A stretch of DNA of 62,635 bases, filler included, from Choristocarpus tenellus KU-1152 (lineage: Eukaryota; Protista; Phaeophyceae): NCBI GenBank assembly GCA_964200185.2. It is 6 parts of 6 records of this genome, joined end to end, with 100 filler letters (N's around TTAATTAATTAA, not from the genome) between each part and the next. Parts side by side here need not be neighbours in the genome. Positions count along the whole stretch, not along the records: positions 25,704 to 32,528 come from CAXNAD020007264.1; positions 32,629 to 42,478 come from CAXNAD020003333.1; 4 more parts are not named here. One strand, 5' to 3'. The notes beneath the pieces were generated by a model. It saw only the letters and a list, made by a program, of their open reading frames with translations. It made no database searches and was not told where the DNA came from. Within the stretch, counting starts at the first letter, position 1. Every line of letters starts with the position of its first letter. The position numbers and the translations under genes are program-made. Shown here piece after piece: positions 25,730 to 38,900 of this stretch.

Positions 25730-28700
25730 TATCCTCTTTGATGATTTTGGGGATACTTTAACACACTGAAGGTCCTAATGCACAGTACAAGGTCGTGGTG
25801 CAGGATCGGAGCAAAGGGGGTGAGGGAAAGCAAACGAAGAAAGAAGAATTTTGGGGTGCATGGTTGATGAGGGGAAAAACGGGCAACAAAATTCTTATAC
25901 GTCACCTTCGCCATGCACATAAGCACGAGTTTGACCTCTACGACAACGAAAGCAAGCGCTCGAGAGTGACTAAGGATGCAAAGGCTCGAGCTGTTTCGGG
26001 TAAGTTTCTGTTTTGAAAAGTTTCTTGATTCATATTGCCTATGAATTGCTACCTCGTGAATGCATCATGTTTAATATTTAATTATGCCCTACCTTTCAAC
26101 ACAACCATGATCTATAAATTGTAAATTGTAGATAATTGGACATCTGACACATCTACATTTTACAATTTGACCTTCAACTAATTATCATTTCTTGTTCAAG
26201 TTCCCTCCACTAGAGCCCTTCATGGTATAGCTACAACTTGTTTTTTGTTTGTTCTACATTGTTCTGCCTTTTTTTGGCACAGGTGACAGTGGGCAAGAGA
26301 TCGTTCGGTTCATGACTGAGCATTTCATATCAGAATCTAGGCACAATGAACTCAACCGCAGATTTGTCATTGAGACAGCTATAGATTGTCAATCAGATAG
26401 AAGGGTTTGCGAAGGTTATATGATCCGTATGGGTGACTTCTCACCATCCTATGCCACTTCACCTATACACCCAACAACTTTCAATAAGGTGCTTCATGAG
26501 CTCTATATTGAGGTTTGAAACAGAGTCATTGAGAAGTTGCGCGTGCAACGTGAAGAGTGCTTGAGGTTTGGATACTCAGGACCTTTTTGCGGGTTTCAGC
26601 TCGACCTCACCAGTGTTACTGCTGTTGAGTACTGCACCGGTACGGTGAGTATGATTCAAGGGAACTTTTCAGGCGTTGAGCACCTTTCACTGGGAACTGC
26701 ACCTTTTTCTGGGCAGCACACTTATTCAGACGTCAAGCTATGGATCCAAAAGGTCAGTTGAAGATTGCCCTGTTTCCTGCCCCTTCATCGGTTGTACAAT
26801 TACTGAGAAGTGATTGCTCATAATTTGTGAATATGCCATTTTATTCTTAGTGAATGATTTATTCTGGTTTTGATCGTAGTGGTAGTAATCATTCTTGGAT
26901 AGCAAGGCGATAATTTGTTTATAGTCTTTCTGTTTTTCCTTGATCCAGACAACTTATATTTTTGTATAATTTGATCTTTGATGTGTTGATCTTTATGTGT
27001 ATGGTATTTCCTGTTTACTGACTACTGTATGCAGGTTATGAGTGAGTACTTCAGCAGCTTTATGGGCGAAGACGTACAGCCATGTGACGTTTTTCTTGCA
27101 GGGACTATTGACCAGGGAGCAAACATCCTCAATGCCCTGCGTGAGCTTAATGTACCTGTACTAACATGCACTGCACATAAGCTGAACGCTTCTGTTATGT
27201 GGGCACTTGGTATCAATGGTACCAAAGAGACAGGGAAGAACAAGGAAGGCAGGGAACTAGTGAGGAAAGGAGATACAATGGCGAGAGCATTTAGTCACTC
27301 TGCGATCAACCATGATGCCCTACACGATGCTCAAGGTTATTTTCGTTCAGAAGAGGAACTGGAAGAGGGCATCCTCGAACTCAATGGTGAGGTCGAAGCG
27401 ATGCAACATGAGCTTGCTGTTATGGAGGACCTGGAAGAAGAAAGGAGTGCGGACGACAAGAATATTAATTTTGCAAGGCGCAATGGCACCCAGTGAGCAG
27501 GGATATCTTGTCTACTTGCACATTTTTTCTTTGTTTTGGTCAGAGACTTCAAAGTTGCTACACATGCCATGGTACTCTCCATGTTCAGTCCATCCGCCCA
27601 TGGGAAAATGAAGCTTTTGGTGTATTGTGTCCAATATCTGCCTATTTTCCTGACCATAACTCTTACCAGTCCTTTTCTGTGGCTCACTTACAGGTTCGGA
27701 TCTACCTGCAAGTTTTTTGATCGCCTCCTTGTTCTCCAACCAACCATCATGAGATACTTTGAGAAACAACAAAAAATATCAAGCAGTGTCTCCACAGCGG
27801 GGAGTGGGTGCTCCTGCGCGACTGGCCAGTCTTCTAGAGCCGGCCAGAGATGTGACAGCCCGTATTCAGGGTGGGCATGATCGTTTCATTAGTAGAATCA
27901 TTTGTTTGATGACAGACCTCATTAATGTCTACAGTGAGGACACACATCCTATCAAGAATTCGTGGAGCTATGGAGATGATGACCTTGAGGATGTACCAGT
28001 GGGAAGACTGATCAACGCATCACAAGTGTTTCTCAAGGTTCTCCTCAACGATATGAAATGGCAAAAGCTTGGTGAGGCAAGCATTGATGAGGAGCAAGTG
28101 GCACTCTTTCTCGACCCCCATACCAAAGACTGCAGTGTAGAGTCATGCGCTAATGGGGGCTCTTGGTTGAAATATAAAGCTGTTATCGAGCTAGAGCACA
28201 AAGGGGACTCTCTTGAGGAAGACCAAGTTGTAGCTGCCCCATTAGGTGGTGTTGAATCCGATTCTATGCAAACAACCACTAAGTCTGTGACTGGGGAGAA
28301 ATTGTCGAGGTTACATCAGCAAGAGGTGCAACGCCTACAGAAGAAGGCGAGGAGGTCATCAGAGAAAGGGAAGGGCCGTCGAAGAATGGCCAAGCGATCT
28401 GAGGTGCTGAGGCAGGAACTCAACCACTATCTCAGAGAGGAGGAGATATCGGGTGGTAAAGAGTTTGATATTTTAATGTACTGGAAATAAAAGGCAATGG
28501 CAAAGACAGACAAGGTAGGGAAGGTATTACAGACTCCGCAAATGCCCCTTCTGTCCATGTTTGCCAGGCTTTATCTCGGGATTGATATGGCGCAAGTTGT
28601 CAGACTGAGAGAGATTTCTCAAGCCTTGCTCTCACATTAACTACCTCATGGCGTAACTTGGATGTCATAAAGGTGAAGAGGCTTATATACTTGCGCCTCA

Positions 28701-29535
28701 ATAGGCACCTTATCATGGAGGTGGCTAAGTTGAGACAGGAGATGGGAATGGTAGCAACCAAACCGGAGGAATCTCGTGTGAAAGTGTGTGCATATCAGAA
28801 GAAAGTTGCGGGTGCAGTACATGTATAGTTTAACCTCTGTTGAGAACGGAGGGCTTTCTACTATTGGGTTAATATGCATCACGCAAGAAAGCGTATGTTC
28901 AAGATTACATCATTTGAAAGTAATTTACAAGTTCCTATGTGGTGGTTCTGACCTTAACAAGGTTTTTCCAAGTGGAATACACAGAAAACACTCATTCATC
29001 AAGGCTCAAATGTATAACTTGCAAATATGTAAAAAAAGATCATGTATATATGTCTCCTGATATTCTAATTCCATGTACGTACATGTATCCCTGCTTTCGA
29101 ACCAAAAAAGTTGAAATGATTTGAAAGAGTACTATTCTTCTGAATATATTCGAGTACAACTCAAAGCATCAACATGTTGCACTCATACAGTGGCCAAACT
29201 AATTGGACAGTTGGACAACAACACGGAGTGGATATGATAGAGAATGTTTAGTGTATCTGGGGGGGTGGAGGGATCTACAACAGGGTGTCCATTTGGGTCA
29301 AAAAAAGGAAAAGTGCATTTGCATTATCCATCCGACGTACGCCACCAAATCACCAAAAAATCGCGACATGAAAAAATTGCCCCCAAATGGACAGTCGCCA
29401 CCCCCCCCTAGATACTTTGAGCCTTAACCCGGTCTAGCCGATAATCTTGGACTGGAACATGCCAAAAAATTATCGGACCGGTCTGGTCAGCACGGACGGT
29501 ATCATTCTAATTTACTGCCCCAGTGCAAAACCCTG
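25730..29535 (+). mobile_element. Decayed hAT-superfamily DNA transposon with an intron-containing transposase pseudogene; left end missing at contig start
   Basis: BED-finger-like ILIRHLRHAHKHEF; catalytic-region QLDLTS, TIDQGANI, CTAHKLN; RNGT(Q)FGSTCKFFDRLL (hAT TRWxS box); LFLDP; C-terminal dimerisation domain DILMYWK*...LSMFARLYLGI...SCQTERDFS. In-frame stops (26516, 28488) and frameshifts (~27780-27830, ~28590). Putative right TIR ...TGCAAAACCCTG ending 29535 (CAGGG-type end). Confidence 0.85.
29244..29423 (+). mobile_element. MITE family B nested in the hAT element's 3' region
   Basis: Family B body; right TIR GATACTTTGAGCC; left TIR degenerate. Confidence 0.85.
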
Positions 29536-31532
29536 ACTAAGTATTCGCTCCGATGCCTCTGTGGAACCTGTTGTTCATTTCATCATTATGCGATAATATA
29601 TGTATGGCTCTGTTGTGTCTATATCCTCACAGTAGGAGCATGACCTATAGCCCTATACTTCTCAGTACGAAGTTGCTGTCCTTGTCTTCATTAACGAGAA
29701 AAAATTCAATGCCACCATAGAGTGGGACATCATATCGGTGATTACCATACCAAGTAGAGGAGAAGCTACCGCTTCTTTCAAAATCCAGGCTAAATACAGA
29801 TAGATGCAGCAGGAGACACTAAGTGTAGGTATGCATAATCAGTATTGTTCGTACAAACACCGGACCTACTTTGTACAACTTTGAGAAGGATATGTGAGAA
29901 GAGAATTGACCATGGGAATTGTCAAGTACAACCATATTTGGAGGGTTGGTGGATGGAACTGGCTTAGTGGTCAATTATGTGGTTATTTTTGTTATTAGTC
30001 GAAGTAGTGATACGCTTCTTGGTTCACAGGTTGCAGAGCTCACTGAGGGGAAACATCTCATAGTGGTTGATTTGACATTGGCTCTGCCTGTGTACCTCTA
30101 ACTTTCATTGCATCATGACTTCTACAGAGAACACCTTGCACAAGGATCAAAATGTCTTAGTAGTGTGGAAGATCGCTCACAGTGGGGGAAATTATTGTGG
30201 TATGTATCAGCAACGCATACCCTCTTCCCGTTCCCTATTTGGTATTTTTGTTTTTATCCAAAGGTAGTTTCAGTTTCTTGTATTGCTGGTTATATACAGA
30301 TACTCCGGAGCAATTTTAAGACCCAGATTGAACTATTGAAGACCAAATCAGAGAAGAGGAATTCTCAAAGGATTGGGATTTGTCGGGCGATTATTTCTCT
30401 GAGGTGGAATGTAATAATCTTTTTCTGGGGTATGTTGTTAGCGAGGAGCCCAGCCAATGAATGCTAGATCTAGAATAGTCTTTTGAGTTGTATGTTCAAC
30501 CCTTTTGTGGCAAATATTTGAGAACCTTTGAGAGGAAATGTGTTGTAAGCCAGAATCGCTACAATGTTTGTATGAAAGAGTCTTCCATTATATTCACGGC
30601 CTCTTCATTAACGTGGTGTGTGTTCTCACTGACTACTTGATGTACCAAGAGCATCACTATATGTATCATTGAACGTTAAATGAAATGTATCATTGAAAAA
30701 ACGACGATGACAAAAGTGATGATAAGGAAGAATGATAACGGTAACATAAACAATTTCAAAAAGGTAATCATGATTGTGAACCGCTCATTTAGGTTGCTAC
30801 TAGTCTGTGCGTGACCGCCCACAGGTACACATCCATCAATCCATATGTATACTGCAGGGAAAAACTCGAGCTCTCCATGTAGACTATCACATAAGTGGTC
30901 TAGGCGTCCCAGTGTCGTGTAATGAACCTGTGCCTTGGAACTCAGGGACACACGTGTCGAGTTAGCTTGTGCAGTCAACCTCACAAGGCGGAGTTGACAC
31001 TAGCACTTGCTGTTTGGTGATGATATAGGAGAAGGAGTGCTTTCACATCTCTATGCTGCACGTAGTTCCTGTCAATTTGTACTTGCAATGAGCAAGGTAG
31101 ACGGCAGTAGAGGTAAGTCCTGTAGGGTCACATGAACACGACAAGGAACAACGGTTAAGGTGTCAATGATGGCGAAGTAATCTGTGTTGGTGGGATATAG
31201 TGGTAGAAAATATCTTTGGGGATCATCATCATAATACACCTAATACCGAGTTCGCTTTTCAACTTCCTCGTTTCTTCGAAAAAAAATTGTGCGACAACCA
31301 AACACCTTGTTTCTCATCCATTGTATAAATCTACTCATTCTATTGCCACATTATACACACAGGTTGCACACTAACTTCATTAAAAAGCATGCAACAATGT
31401 ACATTTTCCTTTCTAAATAATACATCCCATCGAACATTATCCATGTATACACCAAAATACAATAATTTAGATACATGTTGACAATCAATATCTTAACATT
31501 TACTCTCCCTCTTATGGCCTCCTTATTGTTGT

Positions 31533-31776
31533 GAGCCACAGCAGAGGAGAGTTACCCAGGTTTTGGTCGTCTTGCATTTTAAAGACAGTATTTTTCTACC
31601 CTTTTTTGCAATTCACCCGTATTTCTATGGACGAATTGCTGAGTTGACTTGAGACTATTGATTAATCTTTTGTTTGAAAAAAAAATGCAATACACATTTG
31701 TGAAATGAGCCAAATTTTGAACATATGTCAGCTTACTTAAAATGCAACTCTGGATACCTCTCGTTTACTTTGAATC
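31533..31776 (+). mobile_element. MITE family C
   Basis: GAGCCACAGCAGAGGAGAGTTACCCAGG...CTGGATACCTCTCGTTTACTTTGAATC; TSD tgt/tgt. Confidence 0.7.
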
Positions 31777-32340
31777 TGTGTGTTGGATCAGGAAGTGGGA
31801 CTTGGTTGTGTAATCATTGAGTACTGTAAGACAAGGAAATTGTGACGCGTGCAAGCACAAACAGTGCTCTCTTGTGGTTTTTCTCGGCATCTGTTGATGC
31901 AACCAACTAGGTGACCCACATATAGTCCCACTGCTCTGACCTTTCCAACACACCTTTCAGGAAAGCAAGGAGCATATTGACTATCTCACATGTCCCACGC
32001 ATGCGTGGTATACGTATATTCGTGCAATTGATGTCATACCCTATGTTTGGACTGAATTCATATTGTTTGTGATAATACTGCGGCGTGTTCTAATGGAGAA
32101 ACTGTGCTGTGATCAGCAGAGGTGTCTTGGCAAGGTAGCTACCCTTCCTGGCCTGAGTAAATCAACAAATTCGTGCCATTAATAATGGTTGTATCGAGTA
32201 TTCGTTCATCCTTCAGATATACCGCCAGTACTCAGTTGAGGTATTTTTCATTTAACACGGAGTAGGGAATAGTATAATCAAATCGCTTCCTAGCGGAGAT
32301 AACTCTACCTTTGTATTTGTAACATATAATTAATGCGATA

Positions 32341-32528
32341 TTTAACAGCCGTTCATCAAAATTGAGGACGGAGCTTTTTATTGAGGATGGGCAAGACCCG
32401 GAATGGTGCGCGGAAAGTGCATATATATTTTTGGTCAAAAATATTTCGGTGCTTGTGGAGGGCACCGCTACGATTTGGAAGCAACCTCGACCAAGCCAAA
32501 GGTACAAGGACAGACGGCCCCCCTGGGG
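32341..32528 (+). repeat. Dispersed repeat family D (TTTAACAG terminus), cut by contig end
   Basis: Reverse-complement homologue at 42579-42768; shares ATTTCGGTGCTTGTGGAGGGCACCG, AAAATTGAGGA and TTGAGGATGG. Confidence 0.75.
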
Positions 32529-32628
32529 NNNNNNNNNNNNNNNNNNNNNNNNNNNNNNNNNNNNNNNNNNNNTTAATTAATTAANNNNNNNNNNNNNNNN
32601 NNNNNNNNNNNNNNNNNNNNNNNNNNNN
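32529..32628. other. Artificial contig linker
   Basis: Same 100-bp structure. Confidence 0.98.
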
Positions 32629-32682
32629 TAAAAAAATTGACCCCAAATGGACAGCCGCCACCTCCTCCCAGATACTTTGGCT
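32629..32682 (+). mobile_element. MITE family B 3' part at contig start
   Basis: AAAAAATTGACCCCAAATGGACAGCCGCCACC...CCCAGATACTTTGG. Confidence 0.8.
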
Positions 32683-32994
32683 TCTCAGGATAGACAACAT
32701 TGTGCATAGAAGTCCTCATTACTTTTCTTTGTTCCATATGCCTCCCAGAATGAGTCTTCCAATGGGTTTGATGGTAGCATCTCCAAGAGAAGTGAGATGT
32801 GATTGATATTCATATGCTCCCTACTCATTCAGTTTTGGAATGAATGGCATTTATTTGTGATCGTATGTCACCTTAGTGTAGGCAATTCAATGGGAGGAGG
32901 CTCCAAAACACGCACACATATTATAGACAAATATATTCGCTGCCCCCTCCATGCAAAGCTCACCTGCTATGCATTTTCAATTATAATGTCAAAG

Positions 32995-35900
32995 GTGCAC
33001 GAAACACAGCTTGTTCGCCATGGGATGATGGTGGTAGGAGAAGCAGGATCTGGAAAGTCGGCAAACATTCAGGTCCTTGCAAAGGCCCTGACCCGCCTAT
33101 ATTTGAACGGAGTAAAAGACAGGGACGGCTTCTACAAGACTGTTGATCAACTGATCCTAAATCCAAAATCTATCACAGCAGGTATCATATGTCCCACATT
33201 ATCTGTTCTTGAAGGAATGGAGATTCCCTTTGCCAATCTGCACTCAATTTACTGGCTTCCAAATACATTCAAGCCCAGTTGACGATGTTATGACTGAGAC
33301 GCCTCAATTGGTCAGTTCCTAGTAAGTTTATTTGTGGGAAAAAGCAAGACAGTGCTCCTTGAAAGTAACCATAACTGCATACTCTGTATTAGCACAGTAA
33401 ACACAAAAAATAGGTTGAAATCTTCTTCACATTGCTATTTAATTTTATATTACTCCTTCAATAAGAGGATTCCCAGCATTTCTCCCCATCTGACCACTAT
33501 TTGCAACGGCAGTTCCCTTTTTGGCAGCAATATGATGCAGATAAATGCACCAAATGGCTCTGATTTGAAGACCAAGCATTTTCTCTCCATATGCCTACCT
33601 CAGCCTCAGTTCATCCGTCTTTGCTCTCTCTAACTCACCTACCCCTAAGGGGAGCTCTATGGTGAGTTCAACCTCATGACCAACGAATGGACAGATGGAC
33701 TAGTGCCAAAAATGGTTCGCCAGTGTGTACAAGCAGGAACAGATGGCTCTGATAATCGTAAATGGATTGTATTTGATGGGCCTGTCGACGCTGTATGGAT
33801 CGAGAATATGAACACGGTCAGTACTGTGCTGGGTTTACACAAACAATATGTTACAGGGAGAGTATTGTATTATTGAGGGAAGGATTGGAGATAGATATTG
33901 CTGAAAATATAGCTCACTGAAACAGGATTGACGCTGAGGTGCAGTCAAATATATCTTAAACCAAGTAAAGGTACCAGAGCGTAGCACAGGGTAGGCAGGC
34001 TCCAACATTAGAACACATAGCAACAGGCAGCACATATACGAAACACCAATTCAACCTCCTCCAGCATATTTGAAGGAAAATCAAAATATAGGAGTCAGGA
34101 ACGGTTAGCCCTTAGAGAGAGAACTCAATATGTTCAAAATGCATACATATATATCCATGCTTGAGTTGAGATTTACAAAAAAAAATATTTGCGAACCATT
34201 GCTATAAAATATAGGAGAGTAGGAAAATTGGCAAAAACCTTGGCCACACTCTGCTCCTCGAGTTGATGCTAAAGCTAACATAGGAGCTATGTATCGGGAT
34301 AGGTTCTGGATGACAACAAGACGCTTTGCCTTGCAAACTCAGAGCGGATTAAGCTACCTACAACCCTGCACATGATGTTTGAAGTGCAAGACCTTAGAGT
34401 CGCCTCTCCAGCCACTGTAAGCCGTTGTGGAATGGTCTACATGGAACAGGTGAGACTTGGGATACTAGCAGTTTCACGCATTCAGTTCGCACCGTAACAG
34501 CATTATCAAGCTCTTCCCTTCTCCATGCGTTGATATTGCTGCCGGTCAAGGTTCATGTGGGAATGCTAAGCCTTGTCAGGACATGGGCGACAAAGAAGCT
34601 CCCATCCCTCCTTCCCGATACAGTATCTTGGGAGCTGGTGGAGCTGGTGGAGCGGTACTTGGAACCTGGTGTTGCTTTTGTTCGTGAACACTGCAGGGAA
34701 ATTGTGCCATCAAATCCTCACAACCTTACACAATCTCTACTTAACCTCCTTGGGTGAGACAAGTGGTTCCTGAAGTCAGTATCTTCGACATACTCCTAGG
34801 TACTGTCAAATTTCCCCATGATATGTTCATTATTGAAAGGATACACCCAAACAAGGGACAAATCTAGATGTTCCCGTGTGCAAGCTCCTTGAGCAGGGGT
34901 AGAATCAAGTGATATCCGATTACATAAATGAAGAAACTCATAGTTTCCTAGTTCAAGTTCACGAGTAGTGTATTGCACCTATAGTTCAAAGAGTTGCAAC
35001 AAAAATATTTGTGTGCACGTTCTTAGCGCATGGTTGCACTTAGGACTGCAGAGAGTAAGGAGGTTTACACCTCTACGGGATCATTAACTAGTTTCCTGTC
35101 CATTAGTATTTCCTTCCGAATATATAATGCCAATCTCGAACGATATGGCTAGTGGCTACTGATTCCACAAAGATATTTCTAGGAAAAATGTCTGTCCTGT
35201 TTCCTCTTAGTGTCAAGGCAACAGTACAATGAGAGCATGATGTTTGAGAGGAAGAGGTAATCCGATCCAATGACTCAAACAGAGCGCCATTGGCATTCCC
35301 CGCTTTTCTTAGTCACTTTTGGGATCGTCATTGAGCTGTCCACAAGTTTATGGGGATGCTGTAAGTCCATTGATGCACAGTCAAGTCACATACACTCTAC
35401 AGAATTATGATGGATCGATGATGTTGCATTTTATATTTTAAGAGTAGCAGTTAAGTAATTAGTGGTGTAAATGCATAGAAGATCATACAGGTGTAAGCAT
35501 TTGCTTCAGAATATATATATATATATATATATATATGTAATAGTTATCTTCCAAAGACAAACATACCTCCTATTGAAATTTATCTCACAGATGCATGTTG
35601 GATACCAAGCATGGTCCTGGTTTTGATCCTGGCCATTCAAGCATTAGCACCCTCCTGAGACTCACCTTTGCCTGGTGCTTCGTGTGGAGCATAGGAGCCA
35701 ATATCGATGACAAGTCGAGACCCAAGATGGAAGAATGGGCTCGTGAAAATTTCCGAGGTCTGGTAGGAAGTGGAAGTCCTTTCCTGAAGGTGTGGAAAAG
35801 AAAAGAAAAAGAATAGGCAAGGATCCCATAACAATTTTGGTGTACATATCTGAAGGTGAATATAAAATACTTCATTCAACTCTTATCAAGCTTAGAACAA

Positions 35901-38900
35901 TACCTCTCCTTTCACCTTTGTACCAGTTGAGAAACTTCCAGTACCAACCTCTGGCGGGTTTGCTATATTACTATATTCCTATTGCATTGATCTCTTGTAG
36001 CACCACATTACTTGAGTTCTGGATGTAAATGCATGGGATAATGGATTACATTGTAGGGTAGGTATGTGTACTATGTATATCACTACACTTTGAAGGATGT
36101 TCAATGCCTGCATCCCCAGAGACAGCATCCATATTTCGGACTTGATTGTTTAGTGAAGATATATCCTCAATCTCCAGCAAAAAAATGTCAAACACCAGGT
36201 TATTGAAGTTAATACTTTCTTTTGTGACGGACCAAGCCTTATCCGAGGCTGGTTCCTACTTTGAATTCCGAAACTCTGTTGAGGTCTTCTGCGTGCTGAG
36301 GAATTGCGAGATAGTAATATTATCATAGATCTGCTGCCAAACACAACATATTTCTAATGCTAGGTATCATTGCATCGATCCTTGCAGACTGAAGAATAAC
36401 CAAACCTCCAAGTCAAGAAATTCTTGCTCCAAAGTCAAACGTACCTCCCCACCCTTATCAATTCAATGTCTAGCACAAACACCTTTCAAAATCAACCGCC
36501 TCTTCAACTCATTTCGAGCATTGGCATCCATATCCTTAGCATCCTTTCAAATCCAAATTACAGGACATATATGGGATGGCTGTCGATCTACAAAATGCTG
36601 AATTCAATCCATGGACAAATATGATTGACTCCTTCAATTTCGATCCAGAAGAACCATACTTCAATATAATGGTGCCCACAGCAGATACAACAAGGTGAGA
36701 TGAAGGTCCCCAGCGGGAGTCGGGTTATCGTAGTCATGAGTGTTGTGTGCAGAAGGTAGACCGGCAATATGGAAGAGGACTTAGTGTGAGCTGCTTCAGA
36801 GTATACCAGAATATTCTGGCTGATGTGCGAAGTACTACATGTTGAAGGAACACTAGGTGAAAGACTGGACATACCACGTTTTAAGGAAAAAATCGACATT
36901 TCCAAGCGTTATTTCATGGCTGATCCTGACTAGGCAAATATTCTCCACTAAGTCAAGCCTGGTTTCCCCATTGGGTTCCCCCTTTGTCAGAGGATCTCTA
37001 GGTTGGATGGGCACACGAACTTTATTAAGGTATGTGAGTTATTCTTCCTACTTCTCTTCCTGTTTCCCATGGGAGCAATACATGTACCTTCAAAATCTGT
37101 ACCCCATGAAAACTGTCCTCTCATCGCATGTATTGAGACTAGGTATGGTTACCTCCTTCAGCAGCTGTCAAGGGGTGGGCACAACGTTTTATATATGGGA
37201 GATACTGGAGTGGGGAAAAGTGTGGTCGTGCAGCGTTTCCTGGACCAGGCGTCCAAGTCAGATGATTTCGTCTCGTACACAATGAACTACTCTGCTCAGA
37301 CTAAGCCAACCAATCTCAAGGTGGACACATCACCATGGCACTTACTTTCCACCTGAATGCGTTGATGAGACTATCTGCTAGATGTGATCTGTACATAGAT
37401 GATCTGCCCTTCTATAGAGTGACAAACAACACTGAAATATGCCACACTTCTGTTAGAACTCTTGCTTGATAAGAAACAGTAAACTATCTTCTTGATCATA
37501 ACATGCGTTTCATCCAACAAACTTCCCCACCCAAAACAATATTTCGAAGCAACATATACCTACCCTGTAACATATGGGACTGTTGGACAGGGGACAGTTT
37601 CATCAGCGGCACTAGGTGCATGGATGGTGACAATAGTGTTCAGCTCACCTTCCTAAGCCACATTGCATTTGTGCCAATGTTTTCTCATTCTCAGGATGCA
37701 TTTGAAACCAAGCTTGAAAAGAAAAGGAAGACATTGTTCGGTCCTCCATCAGGGAAGATCATGCTCTTCTTCATAGACGACCTCAATATGCCTGCCCTTG
37801 AGGTGTATGGGGCACAACCACCCAACGAACTTCTCCGGCAGGCAAGATATCACAACCTAGAGTGCTTGAAGGAAGTCAAAATTTCTTGGCAATACCTAGA
37901 GCATCAGAGATAGACCTCAAGTGCAGAAGGTTCACAAAAGGCGGGTTTTCTTAGGAGCATGGACTTAAACCTGGTATTATGCATGTCCATACCAATATAT
38001 CTGCCGCTAACGAGGAGTGCAATGGTACTATTGATTCAAGACACAACATTAAGAAGTACGAGAAAGGATCAGTCACTGACAGACTTGGGTGTCCACCTTG
38101 AGGAGGGTAAGAAATGTTGTGTGAAATTTCCCAAGCATTTCACAGAAAGCAGATTTGTGATCACTTGTTTCTCTTTCAATCCCCAGCAGTGATGAATATC
38201 AACACTATCCTTCTTGGCCTCTACATTGGATATTTCCACAACATCCAATTGAACTAATGTCAGGCCATCGATGCTGGAGGGTTCTATGACACTCAGAAAC
38301 TGTTCTTCAAGGGCATTCAGGACGTAGTATTTTGTGCTGCTTGTGCACCCCCGGGGGGGGGGCGCAACGAGGTATCACCTCGCCTCTTAAGGCATTTCTC
38401 TATGATCTGGCTCACTGCCCTCTCGTCTGACTCTCTCAGGAGAATCTTTCAGGTGGGTCATTGTGTGAAATCAAGTGTTGTCACGTGTGTAGCTTCGTCT
38501 ATGCAGCCATGTTAAGATAGAAACAAACTACATTAAGAGGTTGAAACAGAGAGTTACGATTATATTCTGAGTGTAATAGCTCACCAACACCTAGCTGCAT
38601 CACGACACTTCAAGGACAAGAGTGAAATGCCTTGTACCAACTACCCTTTACAACACAGTGCACAGTGTACTCCTTTTTTCCTTCGTGAGTCAAGTGGATA
38701 TTCACGAGCAGGACTGATAAGTTGGCGTTTGCATTGTCCGATTCATGCCCTCCCCCTTTGCAAAATGACCTAGCTCAAATGTCACCGCAATCACAGACTT
38801 AAGCCACTTTTCTGAGGTGCAACTTTTCCAGCGCAGGTGACAGTAGATGGAATTCCACAAAATACAGTGATTTTGACAATGAGAACATTGAGTTGTTACT

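Noticed and set aside
29540-32340. Short ORFs in the right half of contig 2 as genes or retroelement domains
   Set aside because: No convincing motif or exon chain; probably old decayed repeats that I cannot classify by eye.
38351-38362. G10 run in a dynein exon as a frameshift or phase-variation site
   Set aside because: It encodes the conserved PPGGGR motif in frame.
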